64,000 bases of DNA from positions 30,752,001-30,816,000 of the forward strand of contig CM060733.1 in the NCBI GenBank assembly GCA_030704615.1. Direction: 5' to 3'. Position numbers and translations under genes: made by a program. Source of the stretch: Takakia lepidozioides (Eukaryota; Plantae; Bryophyta). Under the pieces are notes generated by a model. It saw only the letters and a list, made by a program, of their open reading frames with translations, had not been told where the DNA came from and ran no database searches. Below, one piece after another: positions 25,738 to 38,466 of the stretch (position 1 is the stretch's first letter; the number at the start of each line of letters is the position of its first letter).

Positions 25738-27059
25738 CTTATACTATGTAGCTTCAACCTTCATCCACCAATTTGCATATGCACACAAGGATAAACACAA
25801 AGATGAGCTACACGATGCCCTAACTGCGCATAGTCTAGCTCAGGTATCAAACAATGAACATTGCCTTGAATGCGCATCCTGAGTATCAATGCAAAGCCGG
25901 CCCATCCTCTCTCACAGCTATGGCTCAGTCTCTGTAGCGGTGCCACAATTTCCAAGTTTCCTCAACTGAAAGAGAAAGAGATAATGGAAGATGCAATCGG
26001 AGTAGACCACCAACGGCAACCTGTCAAGGCATCTGCAATGGCAACCTGCAACAAAGTATGGAACACGCGCGAACGCCACAACAGAGGAGATCACAGCACA
26101 AGGCAAAGCGCGGGAAGGAGAGAGACGACGCTGAAAACGCGGGAGCAAGCCAAAATCGCTGCAGAAGCAGACCCCACCTCCTGCGCAGCCAAAAATTGCA
26201 ACCCTAACAAAAAAAAAAAACCTAATCGCGTGTTGGAATCCTCACTGCCATGTGGCTGGCATCCTACCCTCCAAAAATCAGGTTAATCGGTTCAAATCCG
26301 AGAAAAACAGAGGGGAAAAACCAAAACCAACGGCCGAAAACGGGTCGAATGGGCGCTTAAGGGTTAAAGATCTTTGTGTATATCTCTTACATGTACTGAA
26401 CTGTCACCGAACAGTTTACCAAATACGAATGTATGAGTGTATGCAATTACCAGAAATAAAATCCTACCTATACAAGACCATCGCGGATCATAGAGCTCAG
26501 TTCTTTGTAGCAATACTCAGCAGACTAGACATGACTCAATCAGAGTGCGCCTTTCTAGAGTGCCTCGATCGCCCCCTGTCAGAAAGCTGGCCGATTTTGT
26601 CTCAATTAAAATGGGACCAAGGAAAACCAGAAAACTGTCCCAACATGGCTTTCAGCTGTGCACGCTCTCTCTTGCCATCTTCACTGCTGGTGATGCGACA
26701 AGAAAACCCAAAATCTCTCTACACCAATTTTGTCTGGATCAAAAGTTTTAAAATATATACAGCTTCACCACCACTTTTCAAAAGTTGGATGCTGTTGCAA
26801 ATTGACAACTCCCGGGGGCTTGGCTACATTTATCAAAGTATTTATCGAGTACTAGGACTTGCAATACAGAATTCAGGGGGGCAATGAGATAACCAGCGAG
26901 CTGCCAGATCAAGCGACTCTCCCTGTATAAGAAAGGCATTCTTTTAGCCTCCCGCATTTTACCAAATAACTTCAGGTGTAGCCAATAGAGTCATCCTCTA
27001 CAGTTTCATGTAATTTGTACAGGAGATAACCTGGTGGTTCAAGGTTCAAAGCCGCTGCC

Positions 27060-28402
27060 CTAAGCATCTTTCAATGCCTCCTCTGCAGTCCACTGCTTAG
27101 ACTTAAGACTGCTAATAAACCTCTGAGCAGTACCGCAATGTCGGGATTGCAGAAGTACTCCCAGCTGATACAAATCTGACTGGAGAGTGTAGTGGCCGTC
27201 CTCCAACATGGCCTTGCTCCAATCAGCAAAAGGCTGAAATCCTTCTGGCAATTTGAATGGAGATTCAGGTACCATTTCAAGGTCTATGAGCATGAACCCC
27301 TCCGCTGAAACCTGCACAATATTGGGCAACCGGATATCCCTATGGACGAGGTTTTCCGCATGCAAGACAGACAAAGCCGTTAACACGTCCCGAGCCAACA
27401 GCTTCATATCGTTCTCCAACCTCAACGTCGGGGAGTAGCCCAGCGGACTGATCTCAATATTATAAGTATGTCTACGATCCATTTCAGGCTCTGAAATTAC
27501 CTCCGGAAGAGAAGGGACTCCTCGTGCAACATTGTAGGCCTGCCGAATCAGTTCAAAAGTGGTCCTTTTCTCAATACAAACTTGGGAGGTTCCATATTGC
27601 CTTCCGAACACTGCTCGGCTGAAAGTATATCATCCTATCCCCACATTCTTCTTCAGAAAACATTGCCCGCCGGCCTGGCACTTCCGGGATTGACTACACC
27701 ATCTTCTTCATGATCTCATAGGCATTGCCAAGGCTGAGTAACAACCAGAGGCGGTCATAAAGGTTCGTGACATTAAGACATAGCTTGATTCGAACTGCCG
27801 TCTTTCCAATATAAACCCATTGGAAGTCTGTGCCTAGCCGAGAATGAATTGAACCTCCCCATAAAACGTCGGACTAAGTGGCCTCATCTTTCTCAAAATA
27901 TCCTCTTCAGCAGCAGCTAAGCTGGCCAGCTTGTCCTCACCAACCAGAAAAGTGCATCCACCGGCAATTCCAAGCATGTCAGGCCTCCGCTGTTTTCCAA
28001 TAGTTTTGGTGCTAGAAGTACCTGTCTTCCTTTCACAAGTATTGAACGAAAGCTTGGTATTCAAAGCAGGCAGGCAGAACCGGTCATACAAAGAGAATAT
28101 CGTCTTAAATTTTTTTCCCACAAATAGGGATACTTCCTGCTTTGATACTGGAGGGACAACATTGGCAATCAACAATCCTGATAGCCTCAGAGGGAGCTCT
28201 GAATCATTTGCCTCCACGATGAAGTCCCATGCCTGAGGGGGCAACTCCTGTCAGAGTCTCAAGTAGGTAATTTTGGACACAGGAAGCTTTCCGTGATCCA
28301 AAGGAAACAATGCTGTTGTTAGCTCACAAGAGTTTTGTGGGAGCTTGATAGGCTGAGGCCACAGCATAGAATTGATCCATACTCCAGAATTTTCAATCAA
28401 TT
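27060..28402 (-). pseudogene. Crinkler-like gene B effector exon: REase plus kinase, several stops and frameshifts
   Basis: Phase-1 acceptor CACCAG|AA at 28402; RRPDMLGIAGGCTFLVGEDK, LSPTFYGEVQFILG, HRDIRLPNI, LIDLE and SDLYQLG; stops at 28251 and 27834. Confidence 0.8.
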
Positions 28403-30622
28403 CTGGTGGAAACAAATAACAAATCAGTGAAGCATAGCAAGGCAGACCAGAACAGAGCAACAAGAAGCAAGGAAATGCACAATGGTGGTAATTATCATAT
28501 TAATGAAGTAATTAATTAACATATAAGACACATAAGATACGTGATGGTTCATCTGAAATAACAACCAAAGGAGCCTCCTCATCATCAAACTTTATGACAT
28601 AAAAAAAGACAAGCTCAGACTGCCCTAGGCAACGCGATCTCACACTCTAACCATCATCCCATGTTGTTGAGTTGCATCTATCATGTAGTGCACAACCAGA
28701 ATTCCACATATAAATAACAAACAACCGTGTCTTTCAAAGGACCCTCCTCATATTTTACTTGTTAACATGGATCTATCGAATGAATAAACTGCGTGTATCA
28801 ACTGTACACAGGATCACACACGCGATTGGGAGAAGCTGTCGAAAACCTGAGTGCACAACGCAGCCAAGAAACCAAAAAAATTGCAAACACTTGACTCCAA
28901 GCTACGCATTGAACGAATCATTGAACAAATCAGCAACTGCAGCGGGTTCAACAATCAACTGCCCAATTGTCTTGCAAGAATTCAAATGTGCCTGCCCATC
29001 ATCAGAATTGCAGACAAAAAAACAAACGGGCTCAGACTGCCCTAGGCAACCCATCGACATTCACCAGACTCTCTCCATGACGCACTATCTGACACCCTAG
29101 CTAATGGGTGAACACTGTCACAGAAGGTTCTGCAGCCAAGGCAGTTTTGGTTAACTCACATAAGTCACCAACAACCACATTCTGTCATCGACCAATTAAC
29201 GGCTCAAAACATGAATTTCGGCTAGAGCTTTCTATCCTCTGAAGACGGTACTCAAGAAATCGTAAAGGTTTGAACAACACTACTGATTCGCAGGTCACAT
29301 GCATCAAAGTACTGAAGAGAGAACAGAAACTCATTCTTCACACATTGGTAGCAAACCCTACAAACTTACACTCACCAGACTCCCTCCTTGACGCACTATC
29401 TGACACCCTAAACCATCAACCATGGTTTCCATAACCAACAATCCCACAAAGAAAGTAGGCTGCGAAGACAGACACAACACCGTTCAACCAAGAAGCAAGA
29501 GACGTAACAAAAATCAAATGAAGATTTGAAACCCTAACCCTGTACATACTCTTGGGATGCCATTGAGCCCGTCCAAATCTGTTACGGTTATGGTTATGGA
29601 TGCAAAAAATCCAAGAGAGCTCTAGAGACACAAAGGAAGACTCCCTCTCCCTCACAATAAAAATAGAAGTGGATGCAAGGACGGCAATCACTCACAAGTG
29701 AACTACCAAAATGACGGTTTAGAGTTAGGGTTTCAGGCCACACAACACTTTAAACCTGCCATCATCTGCCGCAATCTGACCGACCACTGCGCTTCAAGAG
29801 ATTCAGAAGGGCTTGCCCTCTGACCTCGCACGAAAAGTGCCCACAAAGGTTCACGGCCAGACATTTCCAAGAAGCAGTGCAATGCATATAATCCTTGTGA
29901 AAACCCTTACTCCAAAACGAGTGCGTCGGCAACCAGAATTCCACATACAAATAATATGCTGCTCATTGGCATTTGAGATCATAATCAACCAAGGATTCTG
30001 AAGTCATAACTAATATTATCATTTCCTCTTCAAAAGGAGCAAATGATCTGGTGACGACAAACTCTAAGTACTTGAACCTCACTATCAGCAAACTCAGGCC
30101 GCAGAGCCCTAAGAAACTCAGACCACCGCAAGGATCAGGTGCTTGTAAAAACAAAACAAGATATCATTATAGCGGAACATGCACTGAAATGACAAAATAA
30201 AATGTCCAAGGTGCTGGATTGGACATCAACATGCGACAGTTGCATCACGTGACGCACTAGCTGACACCCTGATGGGTGAACGCAGCGAAGAAACTTACAC
30301 CACACCTAGTTGCCAAGAGAGCGCGACCCTGAGTGCACATCCAGAATTCCACATCTAAATAACAAACAACCGTGTCTGCCAAGGACCCACCCAGGAACAA
30401 GAATTGCTAACACTTTCTAGTCCACTTTTTAGGAAAGAAATCTCACCTGCAGAATCCGCGGGTTCAAGGATGGTAAGAAGAGATGATTTCACAGCATCAT
30501 CGTGAATAAGAAATGAGCAAAAAGACATCTATCCAATAAAGTAGCGAAGAGTCTACAAATCCAATAAAGCGGCAAAGAGCCTACAAAACCTATCCAATAA
30601 AGCAGCTAGGAGTGAAACATAC

Positions 30623-30824
30623 CAGGAGCAGGAGCAGGAGCTCGTAGGAATGCGTCCTTCAGGCCTGCAACAATCGCACCATCTGTCCAACGTAGTGGGA
30701 AGTAGCGCTCTGGGTTCCCACCCCCATCCTCATAGCTAAAAAGACGCCCATGTATAACGCCCCCTTCCTCCTCAGCAAGTCCAGGCAGAGTCCAGAGTTT
30801 GTCCACCCAGCCACCCTGCGCCAT
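30623..30824 (-). CDS. Gene B header exon (MAQGGWVDKLW...GLKDAFLRAPAPAP)
   Basis: ATG at 30824, Ala/Pro linker end, strong phase-1 donor CCTG|GTATGT at 30622. Confidence 0.55.
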
Positions 30825-32214
30825 GTTGTCCAGGCTGACTGATGAAGGCCCCGGGAGAGCCACCGATGAAGTCAAACCCCAAAACCCTAAATCGCCCCAC
30901 AGCCGTAGAATCAACCAGAAAGCAAGTAGCACTGAGGTTGTAAAGCTCTCAGTTGCCACGCGCTTCCACCGTTTCCACGTTCGCTCGTCTCTGCTCTGAG
31001 TCCATTCAATCAAAGGCCAGTCACACTGCTATTGCAATCTACACCACATAACTCTCTTTTTCGTTACTAAGCTAGAAATCAGTCTATATGGCCATGGCGT
31101 CTCTCTGTCTTCTTCGAGTCCACTGACCCGCTCCACTTATTCTCTTGGTCATGCACCGGTTGTTGCTAATCCAGAACTCTATAAAACGCATCGCTTCCAT
31201 ATCCACATCTCTTGCCAGTAAGTAGTGTTCACAAAAGGCAGTAGCGCGGATGCAATATGAGTCTCCACGATAGGTTTAGCCAGCCCCAAGCGCCATGTTT
31301 AATTTAAGCTTACCGCTCTGCTTTAGCCTGAGCTTTTCGCAAGACAGTGCAGCATGCAAATTGGCAAAACCGCAAATGGCATCGCAGTTGGGCCATGTCA
31401 CAGGAGCAGCTGAACCCTCCCCAATCAGCTGCTTTCCATCCATCTACATACATTCATCCACTACGGGCAAAACTTTATTATACGTCCAAGTACTTGGGGT
31501 TCATACATCCATTGAGAGTACGATGAGATAGATGACGTCCACCGAATCACAGGGATGAAAACTGAATGGATGTGTCCCTACGGATGATAAAGTGAGCTCA
31601 TCCCTAGCGAAGCCTCTGCAGCCAGTACAATCCTTTCCCACTTTTTTCATCCTCTCTTCGCGCTCTTCCTTTCTTCTTGGTCCGCTTGTGAGAAAGGGTC
31701 CATTGCGTGTTACACTAGAGCTCGGAGGAGGATTTTGAGAATGTCTCTAAATCTAGTCTGCTGTTTGCTGTGAATGTAGCCGCAGAGTACACAACAAAAA
31801 CCAAAAAAAGACTCCGCTTGCTGTTGATACAAATACTACAAAAAACGAACCACACCTGAAGGTCTGCGTTTCTTGTGGTACTATCATTCACTAGCATTAG
31901 GTTGGCCAGAGCGGCACCCTGAAGGTCACCCACAAGGGTTTTCGGACGAAATTTATATCTTTATCCGGACAGAACTGTGGCCGTCTATTGAGTGCGATGG
32001 GAAGGCGCTAGTGTCGGGAGAAAACAGACCAAGATTCTGCGCCAAAGGAAGCAGGAAGCCATTGAAGGTGATCAACATAGCACCTTTGCTTCGACTTAAG
32101 CTTCCTAATAAACCACCAAGAAGGTTTTGAGTCTAAACAAGACTTCAGCTTCCTAATAAACCGCCAAGAAGACCTCAGCTTCCTAAAGTTCTGCATCTTT
32201 TACCAGACTACATA

Positions 32215-33539
32215 TCATGCATCAAGCAACTCCAGACACTCTGCTGCAGTTGGCCTTTGGTCTGGCACCTGATGCTTGCATTTCTCCATCAAACCCAAAA
32301 GCTTCGCATCCAGAATAATATTTGAAGTAGACAAAAGGTACCCAATGCCCCAGATGTCAACCATGGTATCATGAGGCCCACCTGTCATCTCCGGAGCATG
32401 TGAATTGATCTAGACGGTGGAGCTTGAAGCACTGATCGCTCTTTATTGCCTCATCAAGATCCACTAGTACCCATTATTCCTGTCACGAAGAACATTTTCC
32501 CACCTGATGTCTCTGTGCACGAGTCCTTTTCTGTGCAACCACTGCAGTGCTTCACACAAACATCGGAGACAGGTCATCAAGTCGTCATGGTTCTTTGGTT
32601 TTGCAACCACAACCCTCTGCACCACAATAGTTCGGTCTGAATCCCTTCTATGCATAAGAAGTTCCAGATTTGGACAAGATGTCGTCGCCTCATAGATGGC
32701 TACAACTTTCCTGTAGAAACCCTCATCTGGATAGGTCTTCTCTACCTTCCTCCAAGATGGACGAATAACTTTTCCACTGTTCCTCCGAATGAGAGGCATA
32801 TCCGACACTTCATCCTTTCCTTCGCAAACATCTTCCATTGTTTTCAGCAACTTCGCCATAGTTATGCAGGCCAGTACAAGCTTAAGTCGATCCTTTGCCT
32901 TTGATATATTGAATTGAATGAGATCACGGCACATAAGATCCTCCATGTGGATCCACAACCACAAGTAGCGCACAGAATGTCACTAGGGCTGCCCTCGCAT
33001 AGTACGCCATGAGAAAGGGGAGATGTTTATACGTCCAGTCCAATTTCGAAATCAATTCCTTTCTTGGATCACCAGCAGTTGTAGGGCCTTTCTCTTCCCC
33101 TCTCCACAAAGCATAGAACTGGAAACCAAACCTAACGACCTTGTCGGGCCTTGTTCCACTAGTACTCCCTTCATCAGACTTGTTTCGCTCTGCTAGCCAA
33201 GGGCCATCAAAGAAAAACTTAAGTGATTCATCAATAACAGTGTCCCAAAGGTAGTGAAAAGAATCTTCTGTATCAGCTGTGGGTGCGGGCATTGGAGGGT
33301 CCACAATAGCATTCAAAAGTGGAACAATCTTATAACACTCTTCATCAGGTCCAGCTAGTTTGAACAACTTGTCCTTGTTCGTCGGCAAAGAGTTCCACAT
33401 ATTCAAAGAAACAGGAAATCGAAGCCATCCTTCAATTCAGTTTCCAACAATCCCTGCAGCTCATCCACTTCGCAAAGTTGCACACGCTGCTCAACTATGT
33501 CCTTCCGAATGGATAAAGTATTGTCAACTCTGGGGGTAC
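32215..33539 (-). pseudogene. Crinkler-like gene A effector exon: REase plus kinase, frameshifted
   Basis: Phase-1 acceptor GTCAG|GT at 33539; TEDSFHYLWD, TSGTRPD..WRGEEK, ELISKLDWTY, HRDIRWENV, HAPEM, VDIWGIG and RPTAAECL*. Confidence 0.85.
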
Positions 33540-33566
33540 CTGACGAAGGAATGGGTTAGAAGACAA

Positions 33567-35249
33567 GCTGCTCATTGGCATTTGAGATCATAATCAACCA
33601 GGGATTCTGAAGTCATAACTAATATTATCATTTCCTCTTCAAAAGGAGCAAATGATCAGGTGACGACATACTCTAAGTACGTGAACCTCACTATCAGCAA
33701 ACTCAGACACAGCCCTGAGAAACTCAGACCACCACAAGGATCAGGTGCTTGTAAAAACAAAACAAGATTTCAACATAGTGGAACATGCACTGAAATGACA
33801 AAATAAAATGTCCAAGGTGCTGGATTGGACATCAACATGCGACAGTTGCATCACGTGACGCACTAGCTGACACCCTGATGGATGAACGCAGCAAAGAAAC
33901 TTACACCACACCTAGTTGCCAAGAGAGCGCAACCCTGAGTGCACATCCAGAATTCCACATCTAAATAACAAACAACCGTGTCTGCCAAGGACCCACCCAG
34001 GAACAAGAATTGCTAACACTTTCTAGTCCACTTTTTACCCTCCCACACTTTACACAGTCACTTCAAGATCTCTCCTCTTGCCCATGGTGACACAAGGAGG
34101 GAGGTAGAAGGTGCTGTAGATTCTTGGGAGAGCTTTGCCACTTCTGCTGCTGATAGAGTCATGGAAGGAAACTAATTATCTGTGGTAGAGCAGTAAATTG
34201 GTGGACCCATGAGATCAAGCTCAAGATTGCTGAGAGGCAGGCGCTCTATAAGGACTGTTGTAATATCAAAGATGAAAAAATGCTCTGGTCTAGATACTAC
34301 CAACTGCGTAAAGAGGTCAATCAGCTTGTAAGGGATCAGAAGAGGCTTTACTGGGAGAAGTTGTACAGTGACATAAACTTAACCCACCATGGTCATAATG
34401 ACAAAAGATTCTGGTTGGCCTTACAGCCAATCATCATAACACCAACAATTGCACAACCAATACATGTACCCTACCTGGATCTTGGCAAGAACCACAACAG
34501 TGACAGTCAATGTATATAGACTGGGAAAACGTAACACACCGAAGAGAAAAGAAGACAAGAACGCAGAACACTTTAAACCTGCCCTCATCTGCCGCAATCT
34601 GACCGACCTTAAGAAAATAATAGTCCTTTAAGTCTGGAAAACTTGGACATTCAAAGAGCTAGCAAAACACATTTTAGCACGAAACCCTAACAGCTCCGGA
34701 AGAATCTCGCCTACACGGTCCTAAAGCATACCTGCATGAGTATGTGGGCTCGTAGAACAACAGGTCATAATCAAGCAAAGATTCTGAAGTCAAGGTGCCA
34801 AGAATCTACATAACCTGGGCCCACGGTAAGGTGTGGCTAACATGCAGTAATCGTGCTGTGGTGCACACTTGCGACGGCAATAGAATTATTGATTTGCATT
34901 GTCATCGGGTGTCTAGAGGGCAAGTATGAAAATAAAGTAACCCCACATTCAAAGGGAGATCATTAACCGCACGTCAAGAGAGCTCCAGAGACACAAAGGA
35001 AGACTCCCTCTCCCTCACAATAAAAATAGAAGTGGATGCAAGGACGGCAATCACTCACAAGTGAACTACCAAAATGACGGTTTAGAGTTAGGGTTTCAGG
35101 CCACACAACACTTTAAACCTGCCATCATCTGCCGCAATCTGACCGACCACTGCACTTCAAGAGATTCAGAAGGGCTTGCCCTCTGACCTCGCACGAAAAG
35201 TGCCCACAAAGGTTCACGGCCAGACATTTCCAAGAAGCAGTGCAATGCA
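33567..35249 (+). repeat. Gene A intron: mosaic of modules shared with genes B and C
   Basis: 33567-34037 matches 29958-30431; 34038-34572 matches 19779-20306; 34975-35249 matches 21406-21680 and 29612-29886. Confidence 0.9.
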
Positions 35250-35635
35250 GCAAGCTCAACAAAATGGCAACTCAAACCATAGAACATGATCCGGCAACTT
35301 TTTCTTCAGCCATTCTCTGCGGGTAGGAGGCGCTGCCCGGAGCAATCTATCAACCAACAAAATGACTAGGAATATAAATTGGACGCTGCCATACGCTGGC
35401 TCTTATCAGACTGCTCGACAGCTGTATGAGCAGGCTGATTAGCATCGTTCCAGAAAATATATGCTAGAGAATTACCCTGGGTGATGCCTGCCTGCAGGAT
35501 ATTGCAGGGAAAGGAAACAAAGAGAACTCATTCATTCATCGGGAGTAACTACAGATAACCGGATAAGGAAAAACTTAAGTAATCTGCTGTAGAGCCATAC
35601 ATACGAGAAAGAAGTACAGATGAAGGCAAACATAC

Positions 35636-35912
35636 TTCCAGGTGGTTCTGAAAGAACATCGGAATGACCATCAACGGCAATGACTGCATTGGCGTCCAGA
35701 TTTAAGGTCTGTTGAATCTTCGTCCAGGTGAGGGTCGTGACACCATCTGTATCCACGGGAATAAGAACCCCTTGAATAGTTATAGTGCCTGACTTCAAAC
35801 CCAGGCGTTTGCCTAGCGTTATGAGACTGATTCTGCCATCTTCTTCGCTCAACATAGAGACTGGAGCCTCCACTCCCTTCTGAAACTTGATGATGGGGAC
35901 CATAGCTGCCAT
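35636..35912 (-). CDS. Gene A header exon, probably a ubiquitin-like (beta-grasp) domain
   Basis: MAAMVPIIKFQ..EEDGRISLITLGKRLGLKSGTITIQGVLIPVDTDG..IAVDG; phase-1 donor GGAA|GTATGT at 35635; fold is inference. Confidence 0.55.
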
Positions 35913-37219
35913 TTCTCAGAACTGATCAGCAGTGCAGAAGCTGTCCTGGAGAGCTGCAAACACCTCCAAAAATGCAGCACTACTTCCTTGATCAATCAAG
36001 ATTTCAAATGCAATGAAATGGTACTTTATAACGTCCGCAGAAAGCCACAAAGGAGAGACAACATACAATTTGCAAGAAAAGCATGAGAAACTAACCTCAA
36101 TTCTCCAGGAATGCCGTCAGCATAAACAGGCGGGGGTGGTGCTGTATATCCACTCTGATACGGCTGCCACAATCATTTAAGAGAGAAATAAGGATTCAAG
36201 ACCTGTCACATGTTAGTACAGGTACTATGATTACAGATTCGCTGTTAGCCTACAATTTTTCTCAAGCTAGCGTGAGAACAATTATGGGTCTTTGCAAAAG
36301 AAGTTCAAGTAGAGTCACAACAGATGGGGCGAGAGGAAGCACATGACTAGTGGTCCCCGTCTCAGAAGAAGTTCAGCGGTTTCCGTAACGTGAATCCTCT
36401 CACACAAGAGAAAAAAAGCTGTCACACCCGAGATTTGCAGAGAAAGGTGCAGGACGGGGCTCGGAAAGAGAGAAGCGCAGAGCAGCAGACCTCCACAACA
36501 CTGCCTGCAAGTAGCAGAGATTCAAGAAACAAGTAGTGCAGCAAGGAAAGCGGACGCGAACTGGGCAAGAGTGTCGTCCCATGAAGACGAGCCCTCTTTT
36601 ATTTCATTTTATTTTATTGTTTCATAAATGGCATTTTTTTTCTTTTTCTTTTTCTTTTTTATGAACAGGGGACAGAGGCCCTGGTGAAATTTATTCGAAA
36701 AGTAATCCAAAAATGGTGTGCCTATAATAATGAAGCTTTTGGGGCCTAAATTGTATAAATTTGCATACTATTTTAAGAACTATTTTGATAGTTAGTGTTA
36801 TGAGGTTTTATAACTTTAGAATTATCGATTAGTGTTTCATGAAGATGGACCCCTATTTTCATTTGCATGATGACTCTAAATTCTTTGGAATTGACCCATC
36901 CTATTGGCTTTACAAGTATCTGATAATTGTTTAAAGCTGTCTACAGAGTACATATTAGATAATTTGAGAAAATGCAATTTAAGCCAATGGTCGATTGACA
37001 ACTTATACTAGAATTGTCTTTATAAATGAAAAGGTTGAGCAAAATTCTATGCTCCACTATTGTCACTTCCACTCTAGGTATCTTCGTGTCTCCCAAAACT
37101 TTACCACCCCTCATTGACCCTAACACATCGACAAAATTATTCATAACATTATTTACTAATCATTGATCTGTAATGAAGCTGGCAGGACGAATATATATCC
37201 CTCAAGGTTGCCGGACATA

Positions 37220-37813
37220 CCGCCCCTTATCAACCGTTTAGGCGATAATTAATACAAATTGAAAGTGCCTAATGCCTAGAAAATTCCAGCAAAAAACTTT
37301 CAAGCCTCTTCTCGTGTTGTTTGTAATAAGATGAAAATTTCATTGAACAAAAATCAATACAAATATACGCGTGCAGAAATAACTTCCTACAAATCTCTTT
37401 GCAAGAGCTCCATGTAACTTCAAAAGCCCCATGCATAGACTCCACAATGTCAGCATATTCATCCTCCTCGCTAATCATCATGATCTCTCCATCTACCCCT
37501 GCAAGCTTTGAGGAGATTTGAGCTCGGCCTGTTGGCATGGGACAAGGGGCCCATGGGCATCGGGTTTCTATTTTGTATTTTTATTCGAAAATAAATGTTT
37601 TCTCTTCTCATGTGCCTAATTCAAAAAACTTATAGCATGAAGATGCCTAATGTGAGAAATGGTTTGAGAAACGTGCCTAAGCAGTCTGTTTGGTTTTTAA
37701 TAATCGGGTGCAAAAAAAGGGTATTTTATAGGGGGGTATTATTTTTAATTTGGGTCTTTATTGGCCACCCTATATTTAGGCGCAAAAATGCCTAAACGGT
37801 TGATAAGGGACGG
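37220..37813. mobile_element. 594-bp non-autonomous Tc1/mariner-type element (MITE)
   Basis: 24-bp TIR CCG(C/T)CCCTTATCAACCGTTTAGGC with TA on both sides (37218-37219, 37814-37815). Confidence 0.85.
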
Positions 37814-38466
37814 TAGCCGTTCCTGGAGTCATCGAGCTGATACAGGATGCAAGAGCCCTACTAGATACCCTGGACGTTCCATATAAGCACACATACCCAG
37901 TTCAAAAAAAAATTGAATCGAAAAAGTATCAAACTCAAGCAAGTCTTTGAGAGTTTGAGGCTGACTTTCTACTAGCAAGTACTTGGCCATGTGGATTGCA
38001 ATCAGTAAATACAGGAAACCTCGTTGACAGGATGAAGACTGCATAGGCAAGAAAAAACCAACACACAATTCAATCAAGATTGCTGGAGAAACTCCACTTT
38101 CGAAGTCAAAGTATCAAAATAATGTTGTTCTTTAGTTTCCTTCCTCTGCACTTCTCCATTTCTAGCACAAAATGATGTGCTCCAACCCTCCACAAACCTC
38201 CATAGCCCTTGGAGCAAGATTGAGAAGGACACTTCCAAAATATGATTTGGGGGTAAGACAAGCCCTGGGGGCAGTGTAGGGTTATGCGACGAGAAGCAGC
38301 AAGGTAGCTCATTCAGGGTGTTGGAAAAATCTGGGCACCTATTCATGGAACCTCAAAAGGGCGTAAGGTGCATATCCCAACTCTGTTCACTGTGAATTCA
38401 ACCCAATGACCCCTGGTAGCCTAGAACATCTCAGCCTCTTTCCTACTGGTGGACAGTCCTATTGCT

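Larger units (their letters stand above)
22695..26363 (-). mobile_element. Complete piggyBac transposon, 3669 bp
   Basis: TTAA TSDs at 22691-22694 and 26364-26367; perfect 14-bp TIR CCCTTAAGCGCCCA; internal transposase ORF. Confidence 0.95.

Noticed and set aside
26252-26887. 211-aa + strand ORF
   Set aside because: It crosses the piggyBac terminus, so it is a chance chimera; the region looks more like the minus-strand 5' end of gene C.
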